In this document: positions 24,771-34,665 of the stretch, in pieces
Numbering within the stretch: the stretch's first letter is position 1
Layout of the letters: every line of letters starts with the position of its first letter
Assembly: GCA_016188425.1 (NCBI GenBank)
Contig: JACPHX010000012.1
Span: 1-51,145 of the forward strand
Source of the DNA: Candidatus Uhrbacteria bacterium
GTDB lineage: Bacteria > Patescibacteriota > Patescibacteriia > UBA9934 > GWF2-40-263
DNA length: 51,145 bases
Direction of reading: 5' to 3'
Position numbers and translations under genes: made by a program
Notes under the pieces: generated by a model
The model's input: the letters and a program-made list of their open reading frames with translations, nothing else
What the model was told of the DNA's origin: nothing
Database searches by the model: none

Positions 24771-25388
24771 CACCGTCAACGACGCAACGACGACGAATCG
24801 CTTGAGAGCTGTCCCCAGAGGATAAGATGTTTGGAGCGTCAGCCGGTGCGTCGAGAAGTCCTGATCCAAAATTTCCATGGCGGTTGGCGGGACAATTTTT
24901 GTTTCCTCAACCACATAAACGAATACGTTCCCCTCTGCATCAGTGACCAGAACCTGGTCGCCGAATTTTGCTTCCGGAAGGTTCGCGAAAACGTACCGGT
25001 ACTCTGAAGGTTTCACCCACGCGAAGTCGCTTGAGTGACCAACAACCACCATATTCCCCACGCCCCCCGCCAATGCTGTACCCGACAAGTTCACCGTCCC
25101 CTCGTGGAGCAGACGTTGGATTTCCGTCTCTGTGCGGCCGTCGGATCGAAGGATAGGCGCTGCAATGCCGAGGCGGTCGATGTAGATATAGCTTGGGAGA
25201 CGGATAATCTTCGTGGGTTCATCAGGAAGCAGTATCTCCTCTTCTTGAGGAGGAATGGTTGGGGGATGAAGAAAAAAAGAGAGCCGCACCAGCGCATAGC
25301 CGCCGTATTGCCAGGCCAAGAAAAAAATGAGGACAAGGCCAACGATGAAAAGTCTTTTCTTATCAATGATAATTTTCTGCATAAACAA
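24729..25388 (-). CDS. Sortase-fold protein with Ser at the catalytic Cys position
   Basis: N-terminal TM helix. VVVGHSS (His), RLTLQTSYP where sortases have LTLxTC.P, and KRFVVVA (Arg). The alignment to S. aureus SrtA ...QLTLITCDDY...EKRKIFVA was done by eye. The codon is TCT. Confidence 0.8.
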   Translation of the reverse strand: MFMQKIIIDKKRLFIVGLVLIFFLAWQYGGYALVRLSFFLHPPTIPPQEEEILLPDEPTKIIRLPSYIYIDRLGIAAPILRSDGRTETEIQRLLHEGTVNLSGTALAGGVGNMVVVGHSSDFAWVKPSEYRYVFANLPEAKFGDQVLVTDAEGNVFVYVVEETKIVPPTAMEILDQDFSTHRLTLQTSYPLGTALKRFVVVASLTVSEEIQEGSEGQDE

Positions 25389-25410
25389 AGTGCTATAACT
25401 ACAATCAGTT

Positions 25411-25452
25411 CAATACTGTGGCCAAGGGGCATGCCCCTTGGCCACAGTATTG
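25411..25452. repeat. 42-bp perfect palindrome CAATACTGTGGCCAAGGGGCATGCCCCTTGGCCACAGTATTG
   Basis: All 21 pairs verified. It lies 23 nt upstream of the sortase start. The AATCAGTT flank is shared with the copy at 13647. Confidence 0.9.
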
Positions 25453-25599
25453 TTTATAGACTGGAATAAACAACTGCACAACTGTGCTATTTCAATACTC
25501 TTCATGCTGTCTAATTACAAAAATGTATTCCTCTTTGCCAAAAATCATTTCAAAAATAAAAAACACACCCGAATCGAATCGAGCGTGCGCGAGTTCATG

Positions 25600-26853
25600 T
25601 CAGACGGGATACCACACAACCCGGAACTGCTTGTCTTCTGGCGCCAGCAGAGAATCCGGCGCGCGCAGCGTCCCTGGTTCACCTTCGTGCCAGACGTTAT
25701 AGCTCTTTCGAGTATAGCGTTGTGGCTCCAAAAGGAATGGCTTCTCGTCCAGCCGTTGAAGATCAGACATCAACGCACGGGCGGCATCCGCATCCACCAC
25801 CACCTCGACACGCTCGCGATCCACCAGCGAGAAATCCATGTCCGCCAGGCGCAGGTATGCATCGATCCACGCGGGCACATGGGCGGACAGACGGTGGAGC
25901 GAGAGACGAGTCCGAAGCAGAGAATGAAAAGAGAGATCGTCTCCGTTTTCCAAGCTGCGCCGGTCGAACAATCCACGGGCGTCCAGCTCCTGCAGGACCA
26001 GGCGATAGGCGCCACCCGCCCGTTGGGAACGGGCGGAATGGTAGAGCCCTCGCCACATATGTGCCCGTCGCTCCAGCAGCGCCAACATTGGCGCCGGATC
26101 GTGGACATGGATCCCTTGGTTGTCTACCGACTTGATCGAACGGATCAGACGCTCCACGAACCCCTCGGGGAGCGGCCAACCGACAAGACGGCCATCCGCC
26201 CCAAGATAGGCAAGCGTGTCACTGATCTTTTGCAGCGAGCCCAGGCCCCCGACCTCATCGATCGCGTGCAACACGTCTGCGCAAGAAACCCCGAGCCGTT
26301 CAAACGGATCACGAATCGATGGCGAACCCACGACGATCGCCTTCCCACGCGCCTCATGACCAGCCCTTCCCCAATGCATGAGAAGCTCATCGCCATAATG
26401 GGACTCAACGCTGTGTCCCACGTCGTGCAGCAACCCCGCACAGACCAGCACGAGCAACGCCGCGTCAGGAAGACCCAAGCAAATCCCGATCGAAAGATTC
26501 GTGGCTGCTACCTGTGTCGAATGCATGAGCCGCGTGTGACGGAAGGTGTGCATAGTCCGACCATGCTCTTGCGCGAGTACGAACAGCTCGGGCCGACAGA
26601 TCGCCGGGCTATCGCGAGACCCAAACTGATACAGCCGCGAGAGCCGCTGGACGGGCGGTGCTTGCAGCAACCGATCCAGCCCCATCGTCTGGCGTGAAAA
26701 CAACTCTTGTGCACGCGACCATCCCCGCTTGTCGAAAGACAACACGCGTTTTGTCCAAGCCGGGAGCGGTGCGGCCTCATAGGCCAACGCCTCTTCCAAG
26801 GTCTGAAACGAAGGAGAAAGAACAGGATACAAGTCCGTTAGGGGAGCATTCAT
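25600..26853 (-). CDS. HD-domain phosphohydrolase (dNTP triphosphohydrolase/dGTPase-like)
   Basis: TRLMHSTQVA and LLHDVGHSVESHYGDE match the dGTPase-type HD signature (R..HS..V ... HD.GH.PF.H). Track ORF trimmed to the ATG at 26853, preceded by GGAGGT. Confidence 0.8.
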   Translation of the reverse strand: MNAPLTDLYPVLSPSFQTLEEALAYEAAPLPAWTKRVLSFDKRGWSRAQELFSRQTMGLDRLLQAPPVQRLSRLYQFGSRDSPAICRPELFVLAQEHGRTMHTFRHTRLMHSTQVAATNLSIGICLGLPDAALLVLVCAGLLHDVGHSVESHYGDELLMHWGRAGHEARGKAIVVGSPSIRDPFERLGVSCADVLHAIDEVGGLGSLQKISDTLAYLGADGRLVGWPLPEGFVERLIRSIKSVDNQGIHVHDPAPMLALLERRAHMWRGLYHSARSQRAGGAYRLVLQELDARGLFDRRSLENGDDLSFHSLLRTRLSLHRLSAHVPAWIDAYLRLADMDFSLVDRERVEVVVDADAARALMSDLQRLDEKPFLLEPQRYTRKSYNVWHEGEPGTLRAPDSLLAPEDKQFRVVWYPV

Positions 26854-27007
26854 CTGTAACCTCCGAGGGTACACCCTCCCTTTCACGGTACTCGCGGGGG
26901 GAAAAATTGAGGAGAGGAAGTTATCCACAGAAAAAAAACGGAAAACAAAAAGAGAGCAGAAGCTCTCTGTAGAGAAGACGCTCACAAAACGCGGATGAGA
27001 AAGGAGA

Positions 27008-27400
27008 TCAGTGAACCGAGGCGGAAATCTCGGTCGCTCCCGAGGCCGAGGCGGACGGAACGCCGAGCACCTCCACGCCGATGCGATTCAGATCCCTGGC
27101 GTATCCCATCGCGATGGGATCGTAAGCCCCCTGGGTCTCGTCCGTGGCATTGACAACCGCGAACAGCTCCGTGGGCGTCCGTGCGGCCGCCGAGCGCAGC
27201 TCGACCCTGAACCGTCTATTGATACGGAAATACTCACTCGTCCCATTGGAAAAGCCCTTTTCCATGCGTGCACGGATGGCCTTTCTGTCGTCCGCGGAGC
27301 ACCCGAGATCGCCGAGGTACTCGTTGAGCCGGGAACAGATGCCGTCCACCTGTTCCGGACTGATGACGAGCGGTGTTTGTTTGTGCTTTTTTGCCAACAT
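27008..27400 (-). CDS. Hypothetical protein
   Basis: 130 aa from the ATG at 27400 (track ORF 27008..27457). No recognised motif. Confidence 0.5.
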   Translation of the reverse strand: MLAKKHKQTPLVISPEQVDGICSRLNEYLGDLGCSADDRKAIRARMEKGFSNGTSEYFRINRRFRVELRSAAARTPTELFAVVNATDETQGAYDPIAMGYARDLNRIGVEVLGVPSASASGATEISASVH

Positions 27401-27467
27401 GGGCTCCCATAGGAAACCGCAGAACGGCGGTTCCGTCAAATGCAAAGGGGGGCCCACTTCTGGTACA

Positions 27468-29234
27468 ATGGGTCAAACTTCTCTCTTTATGCGTTTGTTT
27501 GTTCTCATCCTCTTCGTGATATTTCTGTTCCCTCCAACCGCCGACGCAGCCGCCCTCGGCTCGCCCCTCATTTCCTGCCAAGGGTCGTCTGCCGTGTATT
27601 ACCTCGATAGGCAGTCGACGAGGCATGCCTTTCCCAACGAAGCGACTTATTTCAGCTGGTACGCCGATTTCTCCCGCATAACCGCCATCCCGACATATGC
27701 CTGCGCGAAATACCCCTTGGGAAAAAATGCCACGGTACGCCCAGGGATCGTTCTTCTTAAAATCCCCTCCATCCCAACCGTGTATGCCGTGAGCGCCCCC
27801 AACACGCTCCGCCCCATTGAAAGCGAAGAGATCGCCCGAACGCTGTATGGAGATAGCTGGAATCTCCCAGGTCCCCAAGGGCCCCTGCGGGATCTTTCAG
27901 AAACGTTTTTCGCAAACTATGTGAAGGGAGCCCCCCTCACCGCCGCCTCCGACTTCCGCCCATCGGATGAATCAGCGGCCTGTGCAAATTTGGATGAGTG
28001 TCTTTCCCTCCCATCGGCCCTTTCATATGGGTTCTCGGATCCAAGCGCCGCCCTCACTCCTACGAACCTTCTCCTTCCGCTTCCTGGAGCCGCGGCGTAT
28101 GACCCATTGTTTTCTCTCTCCGCCAAACGAATAAGCGACCCGTTAAAATTCAGCCACCCGACCAAAGAGACCCCCGAACCGTTCAATGCAGACGGGACAC
28201 TGGTCTTGCTGGATGAAGATGAGGAAACCGTCGTGAGAGACCTCCACACGCTGGCCACCGTCTATCGTATCCCCGCCAACCGCCAGCTTCCTAAATGGGA
28301 TCCGACGTCGGCGAATGCCCTCTATTTCTTTAGTGAAAACAATGCGTCGGACGACAACAAAATCCATCTGTATCGCGTACAGGTTCGCACTGGCATCGAG
28401 GAGGAGATCGGGGTCATGCCAAGCCCATTCAACCGCATCCGCACCGCTGTTTCTCGCAATGCAATTTCGCAAGATGGGAAGTGGCTAGTCTTCCTGGCTG
28501 GTCATATTGACAATGAAGGCATATGGTCGATGATCGCCTACGATCTCAAAACAACATCCCTCGTTCAAAGCACCGTAATAGTCGATCATACCGCGCACCA
28601 GGCTTGCGACGACCTCGATGCGGATCTACTTGAGATACAACCATCCCCTCTTGGCCACTTTGCCGTCCTACGGTGGGAGACCCCTGAAACGCCCGAGGAA
28701 AAATCCGCCGACCCCTGTACGGGAGTAGAGATCCACGATCTAAAAACTGGCTCCTACCTTGGCCATGTCTCCAATCACCCATTTGCTGGCGACATGGGAG
28801 TAAACAAAAACGGAGACGAAATATACGTCACTACCAACCAGACAAGGACAGGACTTCGTCTTGTCAGCACAACCCTTCCTGGCTCCGTCCGCTTTCAAGA
28901 CGGGTACACACACGAGCTTCTCCCCATACAAGAGGGGCGGGTCGGCTCCATTTCCTGCCACAGCGGCAACGGTTGGTGCGCCATGGGAAGCAACAAACCC
29001 GCCGCCGAAAACACCCCCCTCCTTGGCGAATTGTTCCTGGTGGGTACCGACACAAAAACCCTAGGCGCCCCCGCGCCGACAAATCGTCTCTTCTTCCATC
29101 GGTCATCGGCTTGCGTGGACAAATCCACCCCACGACCCGCTTGGTCTGCCGACGGGTCAAAAATCCTGTTCGCATCGGACTGGGGCATCTGCCGCGGCCG
29201 GTCGTACAGTTTCCTTCTTCCTCTCCCCCACTGA
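27468..29234 (+). CDS. Secreted beta-propeller-like protein (TolB/PD40-like repeats)
   Basis: Track ORF 27144..29234 trimmed to the ATG at 27468. Signal peptide MGQTSLFMRLFVLILFVIFLFPPTADAAA. PD40-like segments SQDGKWLVFLAGH and WSADGSKILFASDWG. Confidence 0.7.
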   Translation: MGQTSLFMRLFVLILFVIFLFPPTADAAALGSPLISCQGSSAVYYLDRQSTRHAFPNEATYFSWYADFSRITAIPTYACAKYPLGKNATVRPGIVLLKIPSIPTVYAVSAPNTLRPIESEEIARTLYGDSWNLPGPQGPLRDLSETFFANYVKGAPLTAASDFRPSDESAACANLDECLSLPSALSYGFSDPSAALTPTNLLLPLPGAAAYDPLFSLSAKRISDPLKFSHPTKETPEPFNADGTLVLLDEDEETVVRDLHTLATVYRIPANRQLPKWDPTSANALYFFSENNASDDNKIHLYRVQVRTGIEEEIGVMPSPFNRIRTAVSRNAISQDGKWLVFLAGHIDNEGIWSMIAYDLKTTSLVQSTVIVDHTAHQACDDLDADLLEIQPSPLGHFAVLRWETPETPEEKSADPCTGVEIHDLKTGSYLGHVSNHPFAGDMGVNKNGDEIYVTTNQTRTGLRLVSTTLPGSVRFQDGYTHELLPIQEGRVGSISCHSGNGWCAMGSNKPAAENTPLLGELFLVGTDTKTLGAPAPTNRLFFHRSSACVDKSTPRPAWSADGSKILFASDWGICRGRSYSFLLPLPH

Positions 29235-29242
29235 ACAAACAC

Positions 29243-29266
29243 AAAAGCCGGAGTATTCCGGCTTTT
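29243..29266. terminator. Bidirectional terminator between convergent genes
   Basis: AAAAGCCGGA-gtat-TCCGGCTTTT, a perfect 10-bp stem. Confidence 0.75.
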
Positions 29267-29280
29267 GTGTTTGCGGCGCT

Positions 29281-29436
29281 CTACTTCGTTTCCTTGTGCT
29301 TTTGGTGTTTGCGGCACCATTTACAAAACTTTTTCAACTCGAGGCGTTCCTTCAGGATTTTCTTGTTTTTGCGGCTATGATAGCCCGTTTGCTTGCAAAC
29401 CGAGCACTCAAATTTGATCATGGCATCTTGCGACAT
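29281..29436 (-). CDS. rpmG: 50S ribosomal protein L33
   Basis: Not in the ORF track (51 aa). My translation is MSQDAMIKFECSVCKQTGYHSRKNKKILKERLELKKFCKWCRKHQKHKETK*, which has the L33 CxxC...C..C zinc-ribbon pattern and the LELKKFC..C.KH..HKE tail. Confidence 0.88.
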   Translation of the reverse strand: MSQDAMIKFECSVCKQTGYHSRKNKKILKERLELKKFCKWCRKHQKHKETK

Positions 29437-29493
29437 ATGGCGAATAAATCGATTGCGGAAATAATGCCTTTTTTGAAAAATCTTGTCAATCCT

Positions 29494-29595
29494 GGATCAC
29501 GTAGCAAACCCGGTACCTGGACGGTTGGTGGCGGGGCACCACGGACGTTCTTGCTCCGCGGTTTAACCGTTCAAGAACCGTGTTTGCTACGTGAT
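29494..29595. repeat. Roughly 100-nt hairpin element abutting the 3' end of tRNA-Thr(TGT)
   Basis: ATCACGTAGCAAAC (29496-29509) pairs perfectly with GTTTGCTACGTGAT (29582-29595). The same termini recur in 29921-30124. Confidence 0.75.
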
Positions 29596-29669
29596 GGAGC
29601 CGGTGGACGGGATTGAACCGACGACCTGCTGTTTACAAAACAGCTGCTCTGCCACTGAGCTACACCGGC
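29595..29669 (-). tRNA. tRNA-Thr (anticodon TGT), CCA encoded
   Basis: Reverse complement GCCGGTGTAGCTCAGTGGCAGAGCAGCTGTTTTGTAAACAGCAGGTCGTCGGTTCAATCCCGTCCACCGGCTCCA. Anticodon loop TTTGTAA. One U-U mismatch in the T stem. Confidence 0.85.
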
Positions 29670-29815
29670 GTGTCAAAAATACGTCTGATCGTATTGGCCA
29701 AAGGCCGCCCGTAGCTCCAGCGGTTGGTGGCCACCTGACATACGGTGCCCTTCGCCAGGGCGCTTCGGGTACCACCCTACGCTCCATCGGCTGATGATGC
29801 CGCTGGAGCGTAGGG

Positions 29816-29901
29816 TGGTGGGTGGAGAAGGATTCGAACCTTCGAAGGCGAACGCCAACAGATTTACAGTCTGTCCCCGTTGACCGCTTGGGTATCCACC
29901 C
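29816..29901 (-). tRNA. tRNA-Tyr (anticodon GTA), class II long variable arm, CCA encoded
   Basis: Reverse complement GGGTGGATACCCAAGCGGTCAACGGGGACAGACTGTAAATCTGTTGGCGTTCGCCTTCGAAGGTTCGAATCCTTCTCCACCCACCA. The 3' end is followed by a 16-bp perfect hairpin (29771-29819). Confidence 0.9.
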
Positions 29902-29920
29902 TGAATGAAGAACAGAACTT

Positions 29921-30124
29921 GGATCACGTAGCAAACCTGGTTCACAACGTACCAAACCTGGTTCCTGGAGAGTAAACCGCGGAGCAACGACAAACTTCCG
30001 TTGTCCTGCGTCTAACCATTCATGTACCGGGTTTGGTACGTTGTTCATGGACGTTCAAGCGCGGAGCAGCCACGTTCGTGGTGGCTCCGCCAATAACTGT
30101 CCAGGTACCGGGTTTGCCACGTGA
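29921..30124. repeat. Roughly 200-nt nested inverted-repeat element filling the tRNA-Thr(GGT)/tRNA-Tyr spacer
   Basis: Outer arms GGATCACGTAGCAAACC / GGTTTGCCACGTGAT. Inner arms TCACAACGTACCAAACC / GGTTTGGTACGTTGTTCA. Internal hairpin GGAGCAGCCAC-gttc-GTGGTGGCTCC. Confidence 0.75.
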
Positions 30125-30200
30125 TGGAGCCGATGACCAGGATTGAACTGGTGACCTCGTCCTTACCATGGACGCGCTCTACCAACTGAGCTACATCGGC
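30125..30200 (-). tRNA. tRNA-Thr (anticodon GGT), CCA encoded
   Basis: Reverse complement GCCGATGTAGCTCAGTTGGTAGAGCGCGTCCATGGTAAGGACGAGGTCACCAGTTCAATCCTGGTCATCGGCTCCA. Anticodon loop ATGGTAA. Confidence 0.9.
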
Positions 30201-30328
30201 CTAGCTTTGAAACAACTGCCTGCCCGCCATAGCTCTGGGCAATGTGAGCGACGGCGGGAGCTACATCGGCCTATGACTCGCGGCATGATAACAAATGGAC
30301 CTAAATAAGAAAAGACGCCGTCACCGGA

Positions 30329-31135
30329 TTAACGGGAAAACAATTCTGCCGCTGTTTTTTCCCAGCCAGCCAGTTTGGCGTTTTCCGGGTTCGCTTCCTT
30401 CATGAGGGCGATGCCCTTCTGAATATCCTCGAGCAGACGCGCCGCGATCGATGCCTCTGTATAGGCATCGATGTATTTGGGATTTGATGGACGCAACTCT
30501 ACGGCCTGGCGCAGGGAAACCACCGCCTCGGCTGGTTTGGATTCTGCCAAAGAGAGTTCGCCCATGCTCATGAGGAGACTCGGATCCTTGGGCGAAAGCC
30601 GGATGGCGAAAGAAAGCGTCTCTCGGGCGGACGTAAGCTGTTTACTCTTCAAGTAAAGATTTCCAAGCTTCTCATAGGCCGGCGCATATTTCGGCCTATG
30701 GCTGATCACTTCGATATACCGCTTCTCTGCCGCCAGAAACTCTTCCTTGCGCAACAGGTCATCCGCTTCGCGAAAAAGCTGTTTGACGGCGTCATCGCTC
30801 ATGCCGCCCCCCCCGCTTTCCTGCATCTTTTGCACCTTTGTATAGTACTGTTCAAGCGCATACACTTTCTGCACCGCACGGCGACCCAATAACGACACGC
30901 CCTTAATGGCCATCGCTGCCCCGCGTAGGAGCCCGCCGATCTTCGCCTCTTTTACACGCGAGAGTCGGGTAAGCACAATCTGCTCCTTGAGCTTGCGCAC
31001 GCGGACCTTTTCCATAGAATCCGGGTTCACCAAACGGAGCCGCGGAATAAGCCGAAGAAAAAAGGCCAGGATCCCTAAGAAAGAAATCGCCGCCATCGCG
31101 ACGGGGATGATCCACCACCAATCCATACGAGCCAT
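30329..31135 (-). CDS. Membrane-anchored TPR-repeat protein
   Basis: N-terminal TM helix WWWIIPVAMAAISFLGILAFFL. TPR-like helices (YAPAYEKLGNLYLKSKQLTSARETLSFAIRLSPKDP...). Its ATG overlaps the tpiA stop (TAATG). Confidence 0.75.
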   Translation of the reverse strand: MARMDWWWIIPVAMAAISFLGILAFFLRLIPRLRLVNPDSMEKVRVRKLKEQIVLTRLSRVKEAKIGGLLRGAAMAIKGVSLLGRRAVQKVYALEQYYTKVQKMQESGGGGMSDDAVKQLFREADDLLRKEEFLAAEKRYIEVISHRPKYAPAYEKLGNLYLKSKQLTSARETLSFAIRLSPKDPSLLMSMGELSLAESKPAEAVVSLRQAVELRPSNPKYIDAYTEASIAARLLEDIQKGIALMKEANPENAKLAGWEKTAAELFSR

Positions 31136-31917
31136 TATGCGTGAGAAAGTCCTTCAAGTACGTCGGCCGCTTCGGCAATGATTTTCGTGAACTGCGAAAG
31201 ATGCACCGAAGCCCCGCCGATCAGGAGGCCGCCCACCTCTGGTTCCCGCAAAAAACGGTAGGCATTCGTCGCGTCGATGCTGCCGCCATACAATACCTGC
31301 AGGCGAGAAGACGCGAGCCCAGGAAACAGGATGCCTATACGTTGCCGTATTGTGTCATGCATGGCAACCGCGTCCTGGGGAGACGCCGGCGTTCCTGTCC
31401 CGATGGCCCAAATCGGTTCATAGGCGATACAGAGGCGGTCGCGTCCGCGGATCGATACCCCCGTCAACGACGACTGCAGTTGATTGGTGACGGCCTGGCT
31501 CGAAATCCCCGACTTGCGCTGGGCCAACGTCTCTCCGACGCACAGCACCGGCGTGATGCCGTGGGCATACAGTTCAGAAACTTTTTTCGCCACCTGGGCA
31601 TCCGTCTCCCCCATCGCTCGCCGCTCGCTGTGGCCAACGAGGCAAAAGGAGGCCCCCTGTTCCTCCAACATGCGTGCTGATACTTCCCCTGTAAACGCCC
31701 CTTTCTCCTCGTGATGGACGTTCTGCGCCCCCAAGGAGACATGCGAGCGAGCGATCACCTTACGTACATCGGCCAACGCAGGGAAAGAAGGGCATACTAC
31801 CACTTCCGGGAGTTGTTTTTTCCCGCGGAGCGCCAGCAATGCCCCCCGCGCAAGCGCGACGGATTCACGACTGCCGACTTCCATCTTCCAATTTCCTATC
31901 AGCATTTTGTTTGTCAT
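31135..31917 (-). CDS. tpiA: Triosephosphate isomerase
   Basis: IGNWKM, VGHSERR and AYEPIWAIGTG motifs. Confidence 0.95.
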   Translation of the reverse strand: MTNKMLIGNWKMEVGSRESVALARGALLALRGKKQLPEVVVCPSFPALADVRKVIARSHVSLGAQNVHHEEKGAFTGEVSARMLEEQGASFCLVGHSERRAMGETDAQVAKKVSELYAHGITPVLCVGETLAQRKSGISSQAVTNQLQSSLTGVSIRGRDRLCIAYEPIWAIGTGTPASPQDAVAMHDTIRQRIGILFPGLASSRLQVLYGGSIDATNAYRFLREPEVGGLLIGGASVHLSQFTKIIAEAADVLEGLSHA

Positions 31918-33185
31918 AGGTTGGCTGCGGCCAAGAAATCATCATTGGTTTTGAACGGGCCGATCGCGGCCGCGGCCATGCGGTCGCGGCGAAGAAACGT
32001 GGACGCGAGCGCCTGGATCTGTGCCGGAGTGACTTGGTCGAACCGGGCAATCCATTCCTCGAGGCCACGAATCTTGTCTAGGAACAATGCCTGGCGCCCG
32101 ATCCATTCCCCTCGATCCGCCGAATCCTCAAGGGAGAGAAGGTTCTTCCCATAAATATAATCCCGCGCGGCTTTGAGTTCTTTTGGCTCGATGAGCTCGC
32201 TTGTGCATCGTTGCACTTCCCCCATGATCGTTCCCACCGCTTCCGCGAGGCGGGAACGGTCGAGACCGGAATGGATCGTAAAGAGTCCCGCGTCTTCGTA
32301 GGACTCGTGGCGGGCGCGCACCATGTACGCCAGGCCGCGCTTCTCGCGCACGCTGGAAAAAAGGCGGCTGCTCATGTTGCCACCCATGATCGTTCCCAGG
32401 AGCTGGAGCGCTGGCGTATCTGCGTGATCCATCGCAAGGCCTGGGAAGGCGAGCATGAGTTGGACCTGCTGCGTATCTTTGAATTGGGTCGCCGCCGACC
32501 GAGGGCGGGTCGCGGGAAAGGCGAAGGGAGAAAACGCGCTGGGTTGGGCTTTCTCGGCTGGCAGCTGGCCAAAGGTCTGTTCGACGAGCGGCAACAAATC
32601 GCCGGAGACATTCCCCGAGAGCACTAAGAGCATCCTCGATGGGATGTAGTGCGCCTTACGAAAGGCCACGACATTATCGCGGGCCATAGACATCATCGTC
32701 TCACGTGAGCCCGCGATGTCGCGGCCAAGCGTGTTTCCTACGAACATCTCGGCCTCCAGGAGATTCTCCACGTGCATGATCGGGTTATCCTCGTACATGT
32801 TGATCTCCTCGATGATGACCTTGCGCTCCTTATCCATTTCTTCCGCATCGAAGAGCGAGTTCGCCAGCATGTCATACACCATCTCCACCGCCATCTTCGC
32901 ATGGTTCTTCCCAATCTTGATGTAGTAGCCCGTATGGTCTTTTCCCGTATAGGCATTGTATTCCGCGCCAACCGAATCGAGCTCGCGGCTGATCTGCTGC
33001 GCGCTTGGACGATTGGTGGTTCCTTTGAACATCAAGTGCTCGATGAAATGGGAGGCGCCGGCGATCTCATCGGTCTCGTAGCGTGAACCGACCTTGGTGA
33101 GCACAAGCACGGTCACGGCCTCTGTCCCTTGGGTGGGAACAAGAAGGACGCGCAGGCCGTTTGGGAGAAGATGAGGGGTGAACAT
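31914..33185 (-). CDS. M16-family (pitrilysin/insulinase-like) zinc peptidase
   Basis: Inverted zinc motif HFIEHLMFKGT. Track ORF 31914..33455 trimmed to the ATG at 33185, because the extension is encoded by a repeat array. Confidence 0.85.
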   Translation of the reverse strand: MFTPHLLPNGLRVLLVPTQGTEAVTVLVLTKVGSRYETDEIAGASHFIEHLMFKGTTNRPSAQQISRELDSVGAEYNAYTGKDHTGYYIKIGKNHAKMAVEMVYDMLANSLFDAEEMDKERKVIIEEINMYEDNPIMHVENLLEAEMFVGNTLGRDIAGSRETMMSMARDNVVAFRKAHYIPSRMLLVLSGNVSGDLLPLVEQTFGQLPAEKAQPSAFSPFAFPATRPRSAATQFKDTQQVQLMLAFPGLAMDHADTPALQLLGTIMGGNMSSRLFSSVREKRGLAYMVRARHESYEDAGLFTIHSGLDRSRLAEAVGTIMGEVQRCTSELIEPKELKAARDYIYGKNLLSLEDSADRGEWIGRQALFLDKIRGLEEWIARFDQVTPAQIQALASTFLRRDRMAAAAIGPFKTNDDFLAAANL

Positions 33186-33206
33186 ACAGGGGTGATAAAA
33201 GGGAGT

Positions 33207-33323
33207 GAGGGCGCAAGAGGCGCAAGTGGCGCAGGTGGCGCAGGTGAAAAGGCAAATACATAGGAGGGAGGCCATCCTCATTTTTCCCCTTGCGCCCCCT
33301 GTGCCACTTGCGCCTCTTGCGCC
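33207..33323. repeat. Inverted pair of GGCGCAAGG-type 9-mer arrays (glyQS/M16 spacer)
   Basis: Left arm GAGGGCGCAAGAGGCGCAAGTGGCGCAGGTGGCGCAGGTG. Right arm CCCCTTGCGCCCCCTGTGCCACTTGCGCCTCTTGCGCC. Loop of 39 nt. Confidence 0.8.
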
Positions 33324-33328
33324 ATTTG

Positions 33329-34663
<1,335 letters not shown>

Positions 34664-34665
34664 AG

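Noticed and set aside
27464-27470. Leaderless-mRNA interpretation from TGGTACAAT overlapping the ATG at 27468.
   Set aside because: A -10 box at that position would place the TSS downstream of the ATG. The evidence is insufficient, so I only note that the start could instead be the ATG at 27489.
29921-30124. A fourth tRNA (for example tRNA-Gly) hidden in the 223-nt spacer between tRNA-Thr(GGT) and tRNA-Tyr.
   Set aside because: There is no T-loop (GTTCRANYC) or cloverleaf. The spacer is fully explained by nested inverted repeats.
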